A stretch of DNA of 64,000 bases from Vicugna vicugna (lineage: Eukaryota): positions 1,872,335-1,936,334 of the forward strand of contig MU057521.1 of the NCBI GenBank assembly GCA_013265495.1, read 5' to 3'. The notes beneath the pieces were generated by a model that was not told where the DNA came from, did not search any database, and worked only from the letters and a program-made list of their open reading frames with translations. This document shows positions 25,771-38,400 of this stretch, in pieces. Positions within the stretch are counted from its first letter, which is position 1, and each line of letters opens with the position of its first letter. The position numbers were made by a program, and so were the translations under genes.

Positions 25771-27460
25771 GGCCAGAATGTAATCCCCTGGTCGTTTCCC
25801 GTCTGGATTTTCAACTGAATGAACCTCATGGGTTTAACCAAACACGTATGCAATCCTAAATATTGTGAGTTAAATTCTGATTTGGCCAAGGACAAGCAAA
25901 CCTAAGGAACAAGGTCAAAGGGACAACAGCTGTATCCCTCACAATAAACAATTCTGTTGACATGGAAAGGTACTTAACTCAGCTGAAGCAAAGTGGCGCG
26001 CTGGCCGGCATGCCCCAGGGTTCCTCAGGTAGCTGAGACCCAAAGCTTATCTCAGCTCCTCAGAAATGCTTTTAAAGAATGAAGAGACAAAAATCTCAAA
26101 TGGAAAAACGATCATTTTTGCTAAAAACTAGTGTAGAGGCCGTAACTAAATACATTTTTTTTTAAAAAAAGATGCTGAGATGGATGTATCTTTTTTTTTA
26201 AGCAGCTTTTGAAATATCAACCACAGCATTAAACACTGAACATAGTACATTCCCAAGTTAATACAGATAAATGGTATATAATGCAACAATGCCACAGTTA
26301 CTCCAGGTATGTCTCAAGGCTGATTCTAAACTTGAAAAAATATTTTCTAGTTTATGAGCTGGAGCTTTCACTTCTTTTGCTACTTCTCCAGCCTTTTCCG
26401 CCATTGACTTTTTTTTTCTCTTTTTTCTTTTTTAACGCCCCAGAATGTACAGATAATCCCCACATTCCATACCTGGAACTTTTTTTTCCCATCCTCTGTC
26501 AGGTTTTTCAAATAAAACCAAACTACAATGACAAGATAATGTTTTACATCGTAATTCCACAGACATAGGTCAGTTAATCCATGACACCTCATTTCAGCGC
26601 TTCCTTGAGGATTTATGACTCTCCCCATAGTCTTTTTAAAACTCTTGCTTTAAGCTGCACAGATAGGCTGGCGGCCGCGCAGGCCACTCATGCGCTGCAG
26701 CCCCAGTGCGCACAGGCCACACGTGTTTCCTCTCCGGGGCGGCCTCCCCAGACTTCACCGCCTCCCTCTGCAAGGAAAGGCCTTGGCTCCCAGGTTCCAC
26801 GCTCCACGTGGAAAGGGGCCTGACCAGAGGGCCCCAGGGTGACAAGCCCGGGCCCCCTGCCTTCTGTCCTGCCGGCGCAATTCTGAGCTCCATCAGCTTG
26901 CAGACATCCGCAGACCGCTCTGCTCTGTTTCAAACCCCTCGAGCAGACCAGCGAGTTCCCAGGCTCAGTTCCAGGACGAGGCCTCCGAGGCGGAGCAAGG
27001 CAGAACTTCAGACCACGGCCTCTTGCGGAAAAACAGGCACTTGTGGCGGCCTGATGCTTCCTGATGCCGAAGAAGTCACCAAAGTTTTGTTCACTTCTTC
27101 GCATTCCAGAGGATTCTGTTTCATACACAGACAGAGCCAGTATTTGGAGGGGGAGCGTATCCAAAATATATGAATATACACATCAGGGCTTAAGGTATTG
27201 GCTGATATTGTATAAATTGCTAAAATGCTTCTCGGCACAATTGGTAGCTTAAAAAAATACTTTCCTATGGTTTAGGGGCAATTTTCCGATCACTGTACTT
27301 CGGGGTGGAAATCTTGCCAAATAGCAAGTCCATCTGAAGTTCCCGATTTTCTTCCTCCAACCGGGTGTGTACCACATGAAAAGTGCCTATTCTTCAGGCC
27401 AGGGAAGAATGGTCTCCCCTCCAAGCACCTTCCCTCTAGTAATATCACAGCCTCCAGGGC

Positions 27461-27569
27461 AAAAAACCCAAAAAACCCAAACCAAAAAAAAAAAAAAACC
27501 AAAAAACCAACAAACAAAAAAAAACAAACCCAAAACAAAACCCCAAAAAACAAAAGACTAAAAAGAAAA
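27461..27569. repeat. A/C low-complexity tract (U/G-rich in BCL2 mRNA)
   Basis: aaaaaacccaaaaaacccaaaccaaaaaaaaaaaaaaaccaaaaaaccaacaaac... Confidence 0.9.
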
Positions 27570-27791
27570 TGAACATCATCTTCCTCACCTCCAGCAGCCA
27601 GAAACTCGGCTTCTGGAACAGTCAAGTCCTTTGTCAGTTTGTTTGCTTTTCAGATGGTGAGTCAGTCTAGCCAACAACATGGAACAGAAATCCGTGTTTA
27701 TAGGCACAGGAGATCCAGGTGGAGCCACGTAGGTGGGGCTTGGCAATTAGTGGGAGGGTTTCCAAAGAGAAGAGGTTCCATGGGACTGTCT

Positions 27792-27858
27792 TAAATAAAT
27801 AAATCTTATTTTTCTTAAGAATGTAAAAAATAAATTGTATTTCCCTTTGGCAGTAAAT
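27792..27858 (-). promoter_or_regulatory. BCL2: BCL2 AU-rich element (ARE)
   Basis: mRNA sense has overlapping ATTTATTTATTTA (27804-27792) plus single ATTTA at 27835-27831 and 27858-27854, ~170-240 nt after the stop, where the known BCL2 ARE lies. Confidence 0.85.
27841..27854 (-). promoter_or_regulatory. BCL2: Adjacent miR-34 (ACTGCCA, 7mer-A1) and miR-204/211 (AAAGGGAA, 8mer) seed matches inside the ARE region
   Basis: Plus strand ttccctttggcagt, mRNA ACTGCCAAAGGGAA. Both miRNA families are reported BCL2 regulators. Confidence 0.65.
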
Positions 27859-28030
27859 AGCTGATTCGACGTTGAGCCTGAAAGCTGTTTTTTGTTGTTG
27901 TTGTTGGTTGGTTGGCTTTTTGCTTTTAAGAGACCACGGCTTCGTTTCATGGTACATCACTGACAATGCATATTTTTTCTACTGCTTTAGTGAACCTTTT
28001 GCATATTTTTTTGTGGCAGGCCTGTGGACT

Positions 28031-28165
28031 TCACTTATGGCCCAGATAGGCACCCAGGGTGATGCAAGCTCCCACTAGGGCCAGACTGAGCAGCGCCTTC
28101 AGAGACAGCCAGGAGAAATCAAACAGAGGCCGCATGCTGGGGCCATACAGCTCCACAAAGGCGTC
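28031..28165 (-). CDS. BCL2: BCL2 apoptosis regulator, coding part of terminal exon (44 aa + stop; end of BH2 and C-terminal transmembrane anchor)
   Basis: Translates to [44 protein letters not shown], the recognised BCL2-alpha C-terminus (recalled human has LKTLL rather than LKALL). It starts in phase 0 directly after a CAG acceptor (AG at 28167-28166); TGA at 28033-28031. Confidence 0.98.
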   Translation of the reverse strand, partial: DAFVELYGPSMRPLFDFSWLSLKALLSLALVGACITLGAYLGHK

Positions 28166-28203
28166 CTGCAGGGGAAGGAGGAGGGAAGACAAGATTGTTA
28201 GAG
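28166..28203 (-). promoter_or_regulatory. BCL2: 3' splice acceptor of BCL2 last exon with branch point and polypyrimidine tract
   Basis: Minus strand reads CTCTAAC (28203-28197, branch consensus) AATCTTGTCTTCCCTCCTCCTTCCCCTGCAG|GACGCC. Confidence 0.93.
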
Positions 28204-28319
28204 CGCAGAATGCCAGCCTGCAGGGACAGAGGCATCTGAGGTGTCTGGACACCTTCAGAAGGATGAAGGGAAAGGTCAAATGCTCTTTGGGGGCAATGGT
28301 TTCAGACCCACTCTTTTCA

Positions 28320-28545
28320 CTTTCATTCAAGAACTGTTTCTTGAAACCCCTCTTATGTGCCAGGCACCGGAGAGATACAGCAGTGAATAAAATAGACTAA
28401 AAGCTGAAAAGCTTTTATCTAGTGGAGCGGGATGGACAATCAACAAGTATCGTGTATTAGAGAAGGGTATGTGCTAAGGCGAGAAATAAAACAGCAAAGG
28501 CAGTCAGAAATACTGGAGGCTTTGCAATTGTAGCTAGCATGGCCA
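28320..28545 (-). mobile_element. L2 3'-end fragment just upstream of the BCL2 acceptor
   Basis: ttcattcaa..tatgtgccaggcac..gatacagcagtgaataaaatagac..ttatctagtgg. Confidence 0.65.
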
Positions 28546-29620
28546 GTCATAAAAATCATTTTTAAAAACCCAACTCCTCCTTTACTGAGTGCTTGCTCTG
28601 TATACAGACACTTGTAATGAATTCCTGATGGGCGTTATTTTATTTATTCTTCATAGTCATCTTATGGAGTCATTTTACTTTACTGTTCTGTAGGAAAAAA
28701 GCTGAGACCACTGAATGCTCATTTCTTAGATTTGCTGGGGAGGATTAGATTCCATGCTTGAACCCAATGAGTATTTGGACAACTTTCTAAATATATCTGA
28801 ATATATAAAGCAGTAAATGAAATGCTTTTCACTTGGTGTGATTAACCAGGCATGAAGAGGAAAACAAGATGTAGTTCCAGTTACTCCCCCAAAACCTGAA
28901 ATTAGAGCACATGATTTCACTGTGGGAGACAGAAAGACACGGAGACATCTGGCATTGCTGTGCAGAGGAGGGTCTGACAGTGTTCACCGTGTTTTTGTCT
29001 GTTTGGGGCAAGTATTGCAGTAAAGGGACCAGGAATCATCTTTGTCTCCCCAATGCTATGCATGGTCTTGGTACCCGTAGGTGATTAATAAATGTTCAAT
29101 CAATGATTAATGTCTTCTTAAGCCAGTCATTGGTTGAATTCTGTGTTTGGCCTAATATTTCACCCCGATGTTTACTCTGCCTACTTGAAAGTATTCTATT
29201 CCTTCTACGTACAACCTCCAGGAATCTTGCAGTAGTCTTGAAGGTTAGAGTTTAAGGCATCATTAGGGGAATGTCCTACGTTATTAAACCATACATTTAC
29301 AGTTATTTTTCATGACTGCATAATATTCCACCATAGATATCTATATATCTATGTCTATACTTATTCTGTACTTTATGTAACCAATTCTTCATTTGGGTTA
29401 GTCTAAACCTCTGCTGTCATAAACAGCATTATGATATACCTTTATACATGAATTCTTGTCTACATGTTTGGATTTTTTTGAGACAAATTCCCAGAGGTGA
29501 CCTCAGTTGACCAGTCATCAAGTTCCTTCCCACAATCACGAAGGGTTTGCACTGAGCCATCCTGTCTTTCACTGGTTTCCCTGTGACCAGTGGCATCTTT
29601 TACAAAAGGCAGACAAGGGG

Positions 29621-29835
29621 CAGTGATTCTCACTAGAGGTGGTCTTGCCCCCCCAGGGGACATCTGTCAATGCCTGGAAATGTTTTGATAGTCATGGTCT
29701 GGGGTGGGGGTGCTGCTGGCATCTGATGGGTAGAGGCCAGGGATGCTGTTCGGTACCCCACAATGCACACAGCAGCCCTCACCACAGAGAATTATCTAGC
29801 CCAAAGTGCCAATAGTGCTGAGGTGAGAAACCCTG
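29621..29835 (+). mobile_element. MER20 DNA transposon (full length)
   Basis: cagtgattctca..gccccccaggggacat..ctggcatctgatgggtagaggccagggatgctg..aatagtgctgaggtgagaaaccctg. Confidence 0.9.
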
Positions 29836-32800
29836 TGAAGAAAGGTTTAAAAGAAACTCTGCAGTCACAGCCCATGGGAGACCAAATGGCCCATCTAGTG
29901 TGTCAAGAACTTTGGTCAAATTAGCACAAGCTTAGTTAGCCTAGGCAAGTAGCTGCTCCTCAACAAGAGGGAGAGCCATGCCTTCAGGTGTACTGGATTA
30001 ACTTACCAGGAGAGGGCGCAAGGGTTTTTTTCTTTTTTAATCTATTCTTAAACTTTTCTAAGTTTGAGCCTTAGCACAGCAGGGCCATAGACAGACATGA
30101 ATTATGTACTTAGCGCTCTTGGCACGAAGCTGAGCTAACTATTCCGACTGTCAGGACAGCATACTGTCCCTACGTGTATGTGGGATGAACAGGGCAGGAA
30201 AGGGTCAGGACCCATTTAGAGAAAGTCTGCCTCTTGCCAAGTGCATCCCAGGATTCCCCAGACACAGCAGCAGACGTCTCACAGCCCTCCCCTCCACACT
30301 GTTCTCTCCAAGGGATGGGCAGGCTGGAACCCCCAACAGCCCAGCCAAGGGACGCCCCAGATTCCTCAAGGCGTGGGCCCTGGACGGCATGCAATTCAAC
30401 TCGACATTGAGAGGGTCAGTGGTTGGGTCCTGCATTCCTTTAGTTACCAGTGGAGTTTTCTGTGGCAGAATATGAAACGGACTGAGGCCTTGGCCATTTG
30501 ACCTTTCTGGACCAGGAGCCATCCTGGGACAGTGGAGAAAGCAGGGAGAAACTCCGGCTGGTTGGGCTGGTGCCCAGAACCAGAGGGCAGGAGAAACACC
30601 ACTCACCCGCACCTGTCTGGGCTGGAGGAACCCCCCGCCCAAGCCCCAGCGTACACAAAAATAACAGCTCCTAAAGGACCTGATGGCCGACTTTCTGATG
30701 TGCATTGTAAAGAAACACATCATTTCTACAGTGGGATGAGCTAAAGTAGCATTCCTTGACCCAAAGGAGGAGCACAGAGATGCTGACACAGTCCTCAGGG
30801 GTCTGGGAATTAGCTCTGGACTTGGGGGAAAGGTCCGGGTGAAATCCCAGCTTTGACATTTTACTGCTCATGACCTTGAACAAATTACCCAGCCCTGCGC
30901 CTCATTTACTTCACCCGTAGACTTGGTGGTTGTAAAGATAAATGTAGGTGATTCAGGGCCATTTGTAAATGTGACCCAGAGTGTGAACTAGTGGAAGCAC
31001 TCGTCCTCTGGTCTGTCTTCTTGCAAACCTGCTCCATCCTGCCCCACATTGCCCTTCCCTCCAGATGGTCTCCCCAGCCCGCTGTTTCACAGAAGCAATT
31101 TACTAGCTCCCTCTCAGGGGTCAGCCTTTGGTTCTGAAGATGTTTGGTGATTTCTATAGAAATTGTGAATTAAAACATACATGTGATGAGTTCTGGTTAA
31201 AAACTGGAAATGATAACGCATCCCCACCTCTCCTTCTTCATGTATTATGAAGTCAGGTTGTGGGGCTGAGGGGCGTCCTTTAACCCGGCGCCCCGACCCA
31301 AGATCGACTCAGGCCCCTGAGGTTTGCCATCTACGATTATAAAGTGCAAAGCAGACCCTGTGGTTTCAGGATGGAAGATCCTAAAAGCTACTCTGGTGGA
31401 GAGTTGTCTTGCTTTTTCAAACATCCTGATTAGGGTGATTTCCGAAGTCTGTTTGAACAGTCTGTCATTATTTGTTTAAGTTTGAAAGCTGTTTTAAATA
31501 AACACATGCTCATTTTATGTATTAAAAGCAACAAAGAGGGAAAAAGAAAACCTGGGCCATCGTCACGTGATTGGAACAAAATCCCAGTCTCTCTATCGGG
31601 AGGCACGGCGGCCCTTGTTATGTCAGGACTGAGGGCTGTGCCCAACCTCAGGGCTGTGCCCCGCAGGTCCCCGGGTGAGAGTCCTTCCTCCTCCCTGGGC
31701 ACTCACATCAGAGAGGAGGCAGACGGTGCCCTGGCACTGGGTGCCCCTTTGCAGACAGCTCCTCCACAGACTTCAAATTCAGAGGCCACGGATGGTCTGA
31801 GTCAGAGTTGCACCCAGGGCCAGCACCAGTGGGGCAGGACGGCCAACGTCTCAACCTCAGACCCTGGCTGCAGGGCTGGAAGTGAGCCAGGGAGGTGTGG
31901 ACGGGACAGATGGGAACAGACTAGACTCAAGACTTGTAAGCTGGGGAGGAGGCGGGGCAGCAAACTGTTATCCCTCCTGCGTCGGGACCACTCCCACCCT
32001 CCCGCTTTCCTCCCTTCCTCTCCTGCTCTCGCTCCCTCTCTCACACACACCTCCCTCAAGGCAGCCCACCCTCCAAAATTTTCCTTCTGCCTTCGGAACC
32101 CTTCAAAAGTTTCACTTCAATCTGATTCCAAATACAATGAGATTTTAAAAACAAATGAATCACATTGGCAAAACCTGACAAAGAAGACCGAGTTCTGCTG
32201 AAAGGATGGGGTGGGGTTGCGGGTGGGAGCCCCAGATACTCTCACACAACTGAGGGACCCCCCCAGGTAAAGGTAAATGGAGAGACCTCTCATATTTGGC
32301 AGGGTGTATCAAAAGCTTTTAAAAATACTGTCCTTTCGGTTAATAATCCCACTTCTAGTTCTTTATCTTGAAGAAAAAATTAATAAAAATCTCACAATAA
32401 AAATCTGGAAATACAACAACGGAATATGGGTTGGTCGCTAAAAATTATACCTTATATATATTGGCAAGGAAAGATGGTCTCAACATAACATCGAGTGAAA
32501 CAAGTAACAGCGAAAACAGTGTCTTCAAGTCCCGGTCCCTGGCTCCGTGTTGGTTCTCAGCCTCCTTACGCCTCGGGGAAATTTAACGTGGACTTGGTTG
32601 GCTATAAACAAATTAGGAATTCAGCTCCATTCCACAGTCTTTGAGCTGACTGTGGATGCACTGTATGATCATGGGAGATCCTAAGCGGGGAAAACCACCC
32701 TGCTCTGAAAGAGCTCACAGTCTAGAGAGAGGGGTGCCTCTGTGCACACACTGAACTAAGCTCAACAGAGGCACGCTGCCGTTTTGTTTCCTGGGCCCCT

Positions 32801-33189
32801 TCTCCCCGCCTCCCTCTACCTGCTTCCTCCCAGCCCAGCCTTCCTCTGTGCCACAGCAGCCCCCAAGGAGAGATCAGCCAGAGGGAGAGAAGACAGCCCA
32901 GGAGGAAGCCCTGGCAGCATCAAGTCCCCGTCAGGGCAGACAGAGGAGGAGGTATCCATGGAGCAATGGAGAAGAAATGCTCCAGGAGATAAAGACTTAC
33001 AGCGGTCTCCCCCACAGCAGCTTCCTCTGACCTTCCAAGTGTTGCTGAGGAAGGAAGCCCAACGATGCCGGTGGGGGCTGCTCTAAATCAATGGTCTCCA
33101 AACTCAGTAGGTTCTAGAAACCACTCAGCCTCGGCTGGATCTCCCCTCTGCTCTTTGCCATGGGATTCCAAATAGCCACACTTTTCTCA

Positions 33190-35095
33190 TGCATCCTCCT
33201 CACTGTTTAGCAGCTGATGCCACCTCCTTCTTCTCTGAGAAAATTGGGCCATCGGGCAAGAATCACTGCCGCTTCCTATCTGGGTGCGCCCACCAACTCA
33301 CCTGTCTGTCTGTCCTCCCTGCACCCTTATTCCACTGTTTCCCATTGCTCCTGGAACCTTCCCCCATCAGCTGTCCCCGCTCTCAACTACAGTGTCAACC
33401 ACACCCTCCTTCTGTCTCCTTTTCCTTGGCATATCAATGTTCAGAATTCCTCAAAATATCCATGCAGATGCTAGGTTCCACCTGACACATTACCATCTCC
33501 CTTCTTGCCCTCCTGGACAAACTGCTAACCCTCCCTCATCAGCTGCCTTTCCATCCACATTTTAATCCACTCAGCCTGGCTGCCTCCTTCACTGAGCTTC
33601 TGAACCCCCTCTACCTCTGCCCTGAGACCACCAATATCCTCCACGTGGCTAATTCCACTACATGCTTTTCAGGTCATATCTGACTGGGCACTCTGGCACG
33701 TTGGAACGGAGATCACTGTAAGTCTTTATCTCCTGGAGAATTTCTTCTCCGCTGCTCCGTAGGAACCTCCTCCTCTGTCTGCCCTGAAGGATACCTGAGG
33801 CTCCCAGGGCTTCTGTCTGGATTGTTCTCTCTTTGGCTGATCTCTTGCACCATCATGGTCTTAAACACCATCCCCTATGACGATGTCTCTGAAATCTTTA
33901 TATCCAGCCCGACTTGCTCCTCTGACTATCAGATTCCTATTCCAATTGCTTCCTTAGATGTCCCACCGGAAGTTCTAAGGCAGCCTGTCCAAACTGGAGT
34001 CATTATAGCCCCCTCAGCAAGCCTGCCTCTCTCCTGCCTTTACCAAGAGTCTCCTAGATGGATGTTTCCTCCCCCCGTTCCAGTCATTCACTAGTAAATC
34101 ACATAGTCTTAGGTTGGCTTACCCCAGAAGCAGACCCTAAGAGAAAGCCCGGAGTGTAAGCAGTTTATGAGATGATCCCAGGAAAGATGAGCAGGGAAGT
34201 GGGGAAGTGAGACAGAAAAGGGAAGGGGGCCTTGAGTTACCTTATCAATCAAGTTACTGCTGCTGGCACCTGGCACTGAATCCTGCTGGGAGACCTGGGG
34301 GCCAGTGCAGAACACACACCTTTCGTTATGCCCCTAAGTGGCTAGGGAGCTGGGATATTTACATACCAGCTCCCTCCCGTCATTGGCTGAGAGTTGCTCC
34401 TATGGAGGCATCAATACCCCCAGCACTTCTGGTCGGTCATGTGCACAAGGAAAGTGGGCCCCAGAGGCCAGAGAAAGCCCTTGGGAAAGACGTCCAGATG
34501 CTGTATGTCTTGTAGCTGGAGGTCAAGCTAGAGAGCACTGCAGTGGTAAGGGCAAAGGGACTGGACAGGGCAGTATACGCACCAGTGATCTGACCTCCGA
34601 AACAGCTCTCCATCCCCATTACCTTCTCTTCCCAGGGTTACTGCTATCATTTCCCATCTGATCTCTCTGCCTGTAGTCCAGTGCCCTACCCTTCCATCTC
34701 CTCTCCCTGTTGCAGCCAGGGTGACCTGTTCAGAACCTATCATTTCCATGCTTAAGTCCAAATTCTTTAACATCACATCCAAGGCTCCCAACGCCCTGCC
34801 CCAACCTAGCACCCTGCTCAGCTCTGTCACTTGTAAGTTCATTTTGGTTCATTCAGGAATTCAGTGCAATTATGCTCTGCAGGCAACTTTCTCCAGTCCC
34901 CTAGGTTGAGCTAAATAATCCTCAGCTAGTCCCTGTTCACTGTATTATCTGAAGATTACATTTACATGTCTGTCGTCCTCCATTCAACTACTAGCACCTG
35001 GAGGTGAAGGGCCCATGTTCTATTTGTCTTTGGATCCCTGGAGCACGTGTCTGTCACATATTAGGCTCTCAGCAAATGCCTGTAGAACTGAAATG
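33190..35095 (+). mobile_element. Fragmented L2 LINE 3' region, interrupted by an LTR
   Basis: Pyrimidine-rich L2 body (tctttatatccagcccgacttgctcctctga) and an L2-type terminus (gtcacatattaggctctcagcaaatgcctg). Confidence 0.65.
34104..34590 (-). mobile_element. ERVL LTR (LTR33/LTR16-like) inside the L2
   Basis: ccccagaagcagaccctaagag..gagtgtaagcagtttat..gatgatcccaggaa..gggaagtggggaagtgagacag. Confidence 0.7.
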
Positions 35096-37544
35096 CACTG
35101 ATTTCTTTTGCTAGAGAATAGGTTTTCCAAACCAATCTTAATAGATGATATTTTTAAAAAGGAGCCTGTTCAAAGAACAAATGAATGACGGGTCTAAACA
35201 AAACCCAGTGCCCTTTTTCTCAGGCGCCTCTAGTGTCTTCCCAGAAGGAACGGACATTCAGCCAGTTCATAATGGTCAGCACTGGATCCTACTGGTCAGT
35301 GTCTGTGCCATATTGATTGTTAACTATTCGGAATTTCATCCCCATCTGTACACCCCGTGAGTCTGGGAGAGAGAAACTGTAGGGCATTTTCCAAACTTAC
35401 GGGACCATTTAAACTCCATCGGGGAGAATCCTGCTTTGTTATAAAGACTGAACATGCTGTCTAGTGGTAAACACAGAATAACCCCGGGCACTGACCAGAG
35501 AAGCAGCGCTGGTGTCCCGTTGTGCAGGACAGGGGAGGTGATCAAAGGCCCGAAGCCGTCCCTGGATGTTCATGGGAACATAAAGACAGCCAGTGGTAAC
35601 TAGTCTTGGATTCTGCAAAGGAGTGTGAGACTCATCCCCAGTAAACACTGTCTGTGGTTTCTCCACCGCACAGAACCAACTGACGTACAACCGCTGGGGA
35701 GAGGGAATGTTGCAGGAAAGAGAGAAAAGGACGTGGGGGGGGGGAGACATGTACAGCAGAGAGGGGGGCTCTCCCTGAGGCGGAGGAAGCAGTGATTCTC
35801 CTGACACCAACCGTGGTCGAGATCAAAAGGGGAAGCTGGAGGCCGCAGGGAGTGGTGGCCAGCACCGCACACGCGAGGAAGCAAGGGCTTTTTTCTGCCT
35901 GAATAAAGCAGCTGGTAAGGAAGTGACTCCATTTCCCCTCTTATCGTTGGCCTGGCAGGATTTCCTCTGCAGCCACTTTGTGCTGAATGAATCTGGAGGG
36001 TTCCGTCTGGAGAACAGAATCGCTTTGGGCAGCTGCAAACTTCTGTCCCCTGGGACTCGTCCTCCTTCCTCCCCTCCCCCTTGACTCCTGAAATATTGAT
36101 TCCGGGTTTAGGGGGAAAAGGAAAGAGACAAAAAAAAAAAATCCAACAACCCTCGAGCACGTAACTGAAGGACACTGCAGCTAGTAATCGTGAGAAGCAG
36201 GCTGACTCCTCCTCTGAGGCCTGCGGGGCTGCCCGAGACCACCTCCAGTGAATGGGGCTCAATCCTGGAAGGACTCTGGGCCCGGGGGAGGGGTCATTTG
36301 AATCACAGGCCAAGGACATAAAGTGAAACCTAATCTAAGTGTCATCTGGATGTAACCAGAAACCTGCGAGAGAAATGGCAACAGATGAAAAACCCAAACA
36401 AAACAAAAAAACACAACTTGCCCGCCTACCGCAGCAGGTCCAGGGAAGTTTGGGTGTATTTTGTGATGCAAATTGAGCTGAGGATGCAAATCGGGCAGGG
36501 GCCCTTGGGAGGGAGGGAGGGCAGAAAAATGAGAACCCCAACGGTTCCTTCCTTTCTTGAGCAGGGAGGGCACAGTTTGAAGCTAATTTGCAAAGGAGTC
36601 TGATGCTCTGAGGACCCTGCCGCCAAAAAGCCAAGTCAAAGGCCATTGGCCATGTCCACCTGCTGGAGGAGACCTGAGCCAGAGGCCGCCATTCCCAGGC
36701 AGGAGCTCAGAGGTTCTGCTAGTCTGCTGGCTCTCGAGGCCGTGGCAGGCAGTGCTACCTGGAGGGAAGGACAGTAACCAATTCCCCGCTGCACTAGCTA
36801 TGCAAATACTGCAGGGAGTGGGACTTGGCCACCTGTGGGCCTCGGTCCCTCCTGCCAGGAGGTGAGAACAGTCCAGAGCTGCAAAAGACGTCCGTGGAAA
36901 CGGGCAAAGCAATGCCTCTAGAGCAAAATGTGCTTTAAAAAATGTTAATAATTGTGCTATTTAGTTCATCAGGTCCGTATAATAAACCAAAACAAGAGAG
37001 ACTGAAGGCCATTGCTAGACGAGTCTTTGCCATCTCATCTTCAACTTGCTGATTCATTCGGGAGCCAAACATTTTTTATCGGGTGTTGAGGAGCCTTACA
37101 GCTAAATAAGATACAGGCCTGCCCTGGAAGGACCGCTCCTTGTATCCTCGTGCATTTACAGCAGCTTTTATGAGCGTGAGAGTGTTCTCAGTATGTTCAA
37201 AGCCCTTCATGTGTGTGGCGGTGTATTCACCCTGCAGGGCTCGGGGAGGTGGGAGGAGACCAGCCCCGTGGTCCCCGTGTGAAGGGCGCCTTCCGCAGGC
37301 CCTCACGGGCACCGAGGCCGCCGTAAACTGCCTCACAGTGTTTTGGCTTTAAAACAAAGTTACTTCATTTTTCTTCCTGACTTTCCTCATTCCACTACCT
37401 CCTTTTGGCTACAGCGCTCTGTATTTTCTGGCGCTTGGCCTCTTCTTGCTTCAGGCTTTCAAACTATTTTCACTGTTTGGGGGGAAATATCACTTTATGA
37501 TATTTTGTTGGTCATGAGAGTATGCTGAGCAAAAAAAAAAAAAG

Positions 37545-38400
37545 CAATTATTACAACTCAACAATAAAAAGACAAATAGCCCAATTAAAGAACGGGCAAA
37601 GATCTGAACAGGTACTTCCCAAAAGAAATGGCCAATAAACTCAAGAAAAGACACTCAACCTCATCAGTCAGCAGGGAAATTAAAATCAAAACCACAATGC
37701 GATATCACTTCTCACCTCCCCCAGTGTGGCTACAATGTGAAAAGTGAACAATAACAAGTGTTGACAAGGAGGAAGAGAAATTGGAGACCTCACATGTGGC
37801 CCGGGGAATAGATAACAGTGCAGTCTCTGTGGAAAACAGTGGTGGTTCCTCAAAGAGTTGAACAGTGACCCCATGATCCAGCAATTCCACTCCTAGATAT
37901 ATACCCGAGGACACTGAAGATGTGTGTTCACACAAAAACCTCTACACAAGTATTCATATCAGCATTATTCATAACAGCCCACAGTGGAAACGACCCAAAT
38001 GTCTATCAGCCAATGAACAGATAAACAAAAGGGGGTACTATCCGTACCTTGGAATATTATTCAGCCACAGAAAGGAATGGAGCATTGACACGACTTACAA
38101 CATGGATGAACTGCAAAAACCTTATGCAGAGTGAAAGAAGCCAGGCATAAATGTCACACGTTACATGATGCATCTATATGAAATGTCCAAATTAGACAAA
38201 TCCACAGGGACAGAGGTAGATTCGTGGCTGCCACGGGATAGGGAGAGAGGAAAATGGAGAGGACTGTTTTTCTTGTCGGGTTGATGAAAAAGTTCTGGAA
38301 TTAGAGAACTGTGATGGTTGCACAACCTTGCGAATATAAATACTAAAAACTAATAAATCTAAGCACTTTGAATTGAATTTTATGGTATGCCAATTATTTA
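37545..38400 (+). mobile_element. L1M (L1MB-like) ORF2 end and 3'UTR
   Basis: acaactcaacaataaaaagaca, ccagcaattccactcctagatatataccc, gtgaaagaagccag, gtgatggttgcacaac. It explains the L1-like ORFs at 37686-38134. Confidence 0.9.

Larger units (their letters stand above)
22733..28030 (-). other. BCL2: BCL2 3'UTR (~5.3 kb)
   Basis: Follows the stop codon and has no recognised interspersed repeats. It ends ...TTAATATTGTGAAGAAAAATAAAGTACAATGTGAGATACTG, closely matching my recollection of the human BCL2 mRNA end. Confidence 0.9.

Noticed and set aside
28166..28330. N-terminal 55 aa of the 99-aa ORF 28031..28330
   Set aside because: It lies upstream of a canonical branch point and acceptor and begins at the edge of an L2 fragment. 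It is intronic read-through, not BCL2 protein.
31482..32201. 239-aa ORF
   Set aside because: No recognisable homology, a non-ATG start and low-complexity S/P/G/R composition; intronic and antisense to BCL2.
35600..36319. 239-aa minus-strand ORF
   Set aside because: No domain similarity; GC-rich sequence better explained as regulatory DNA.
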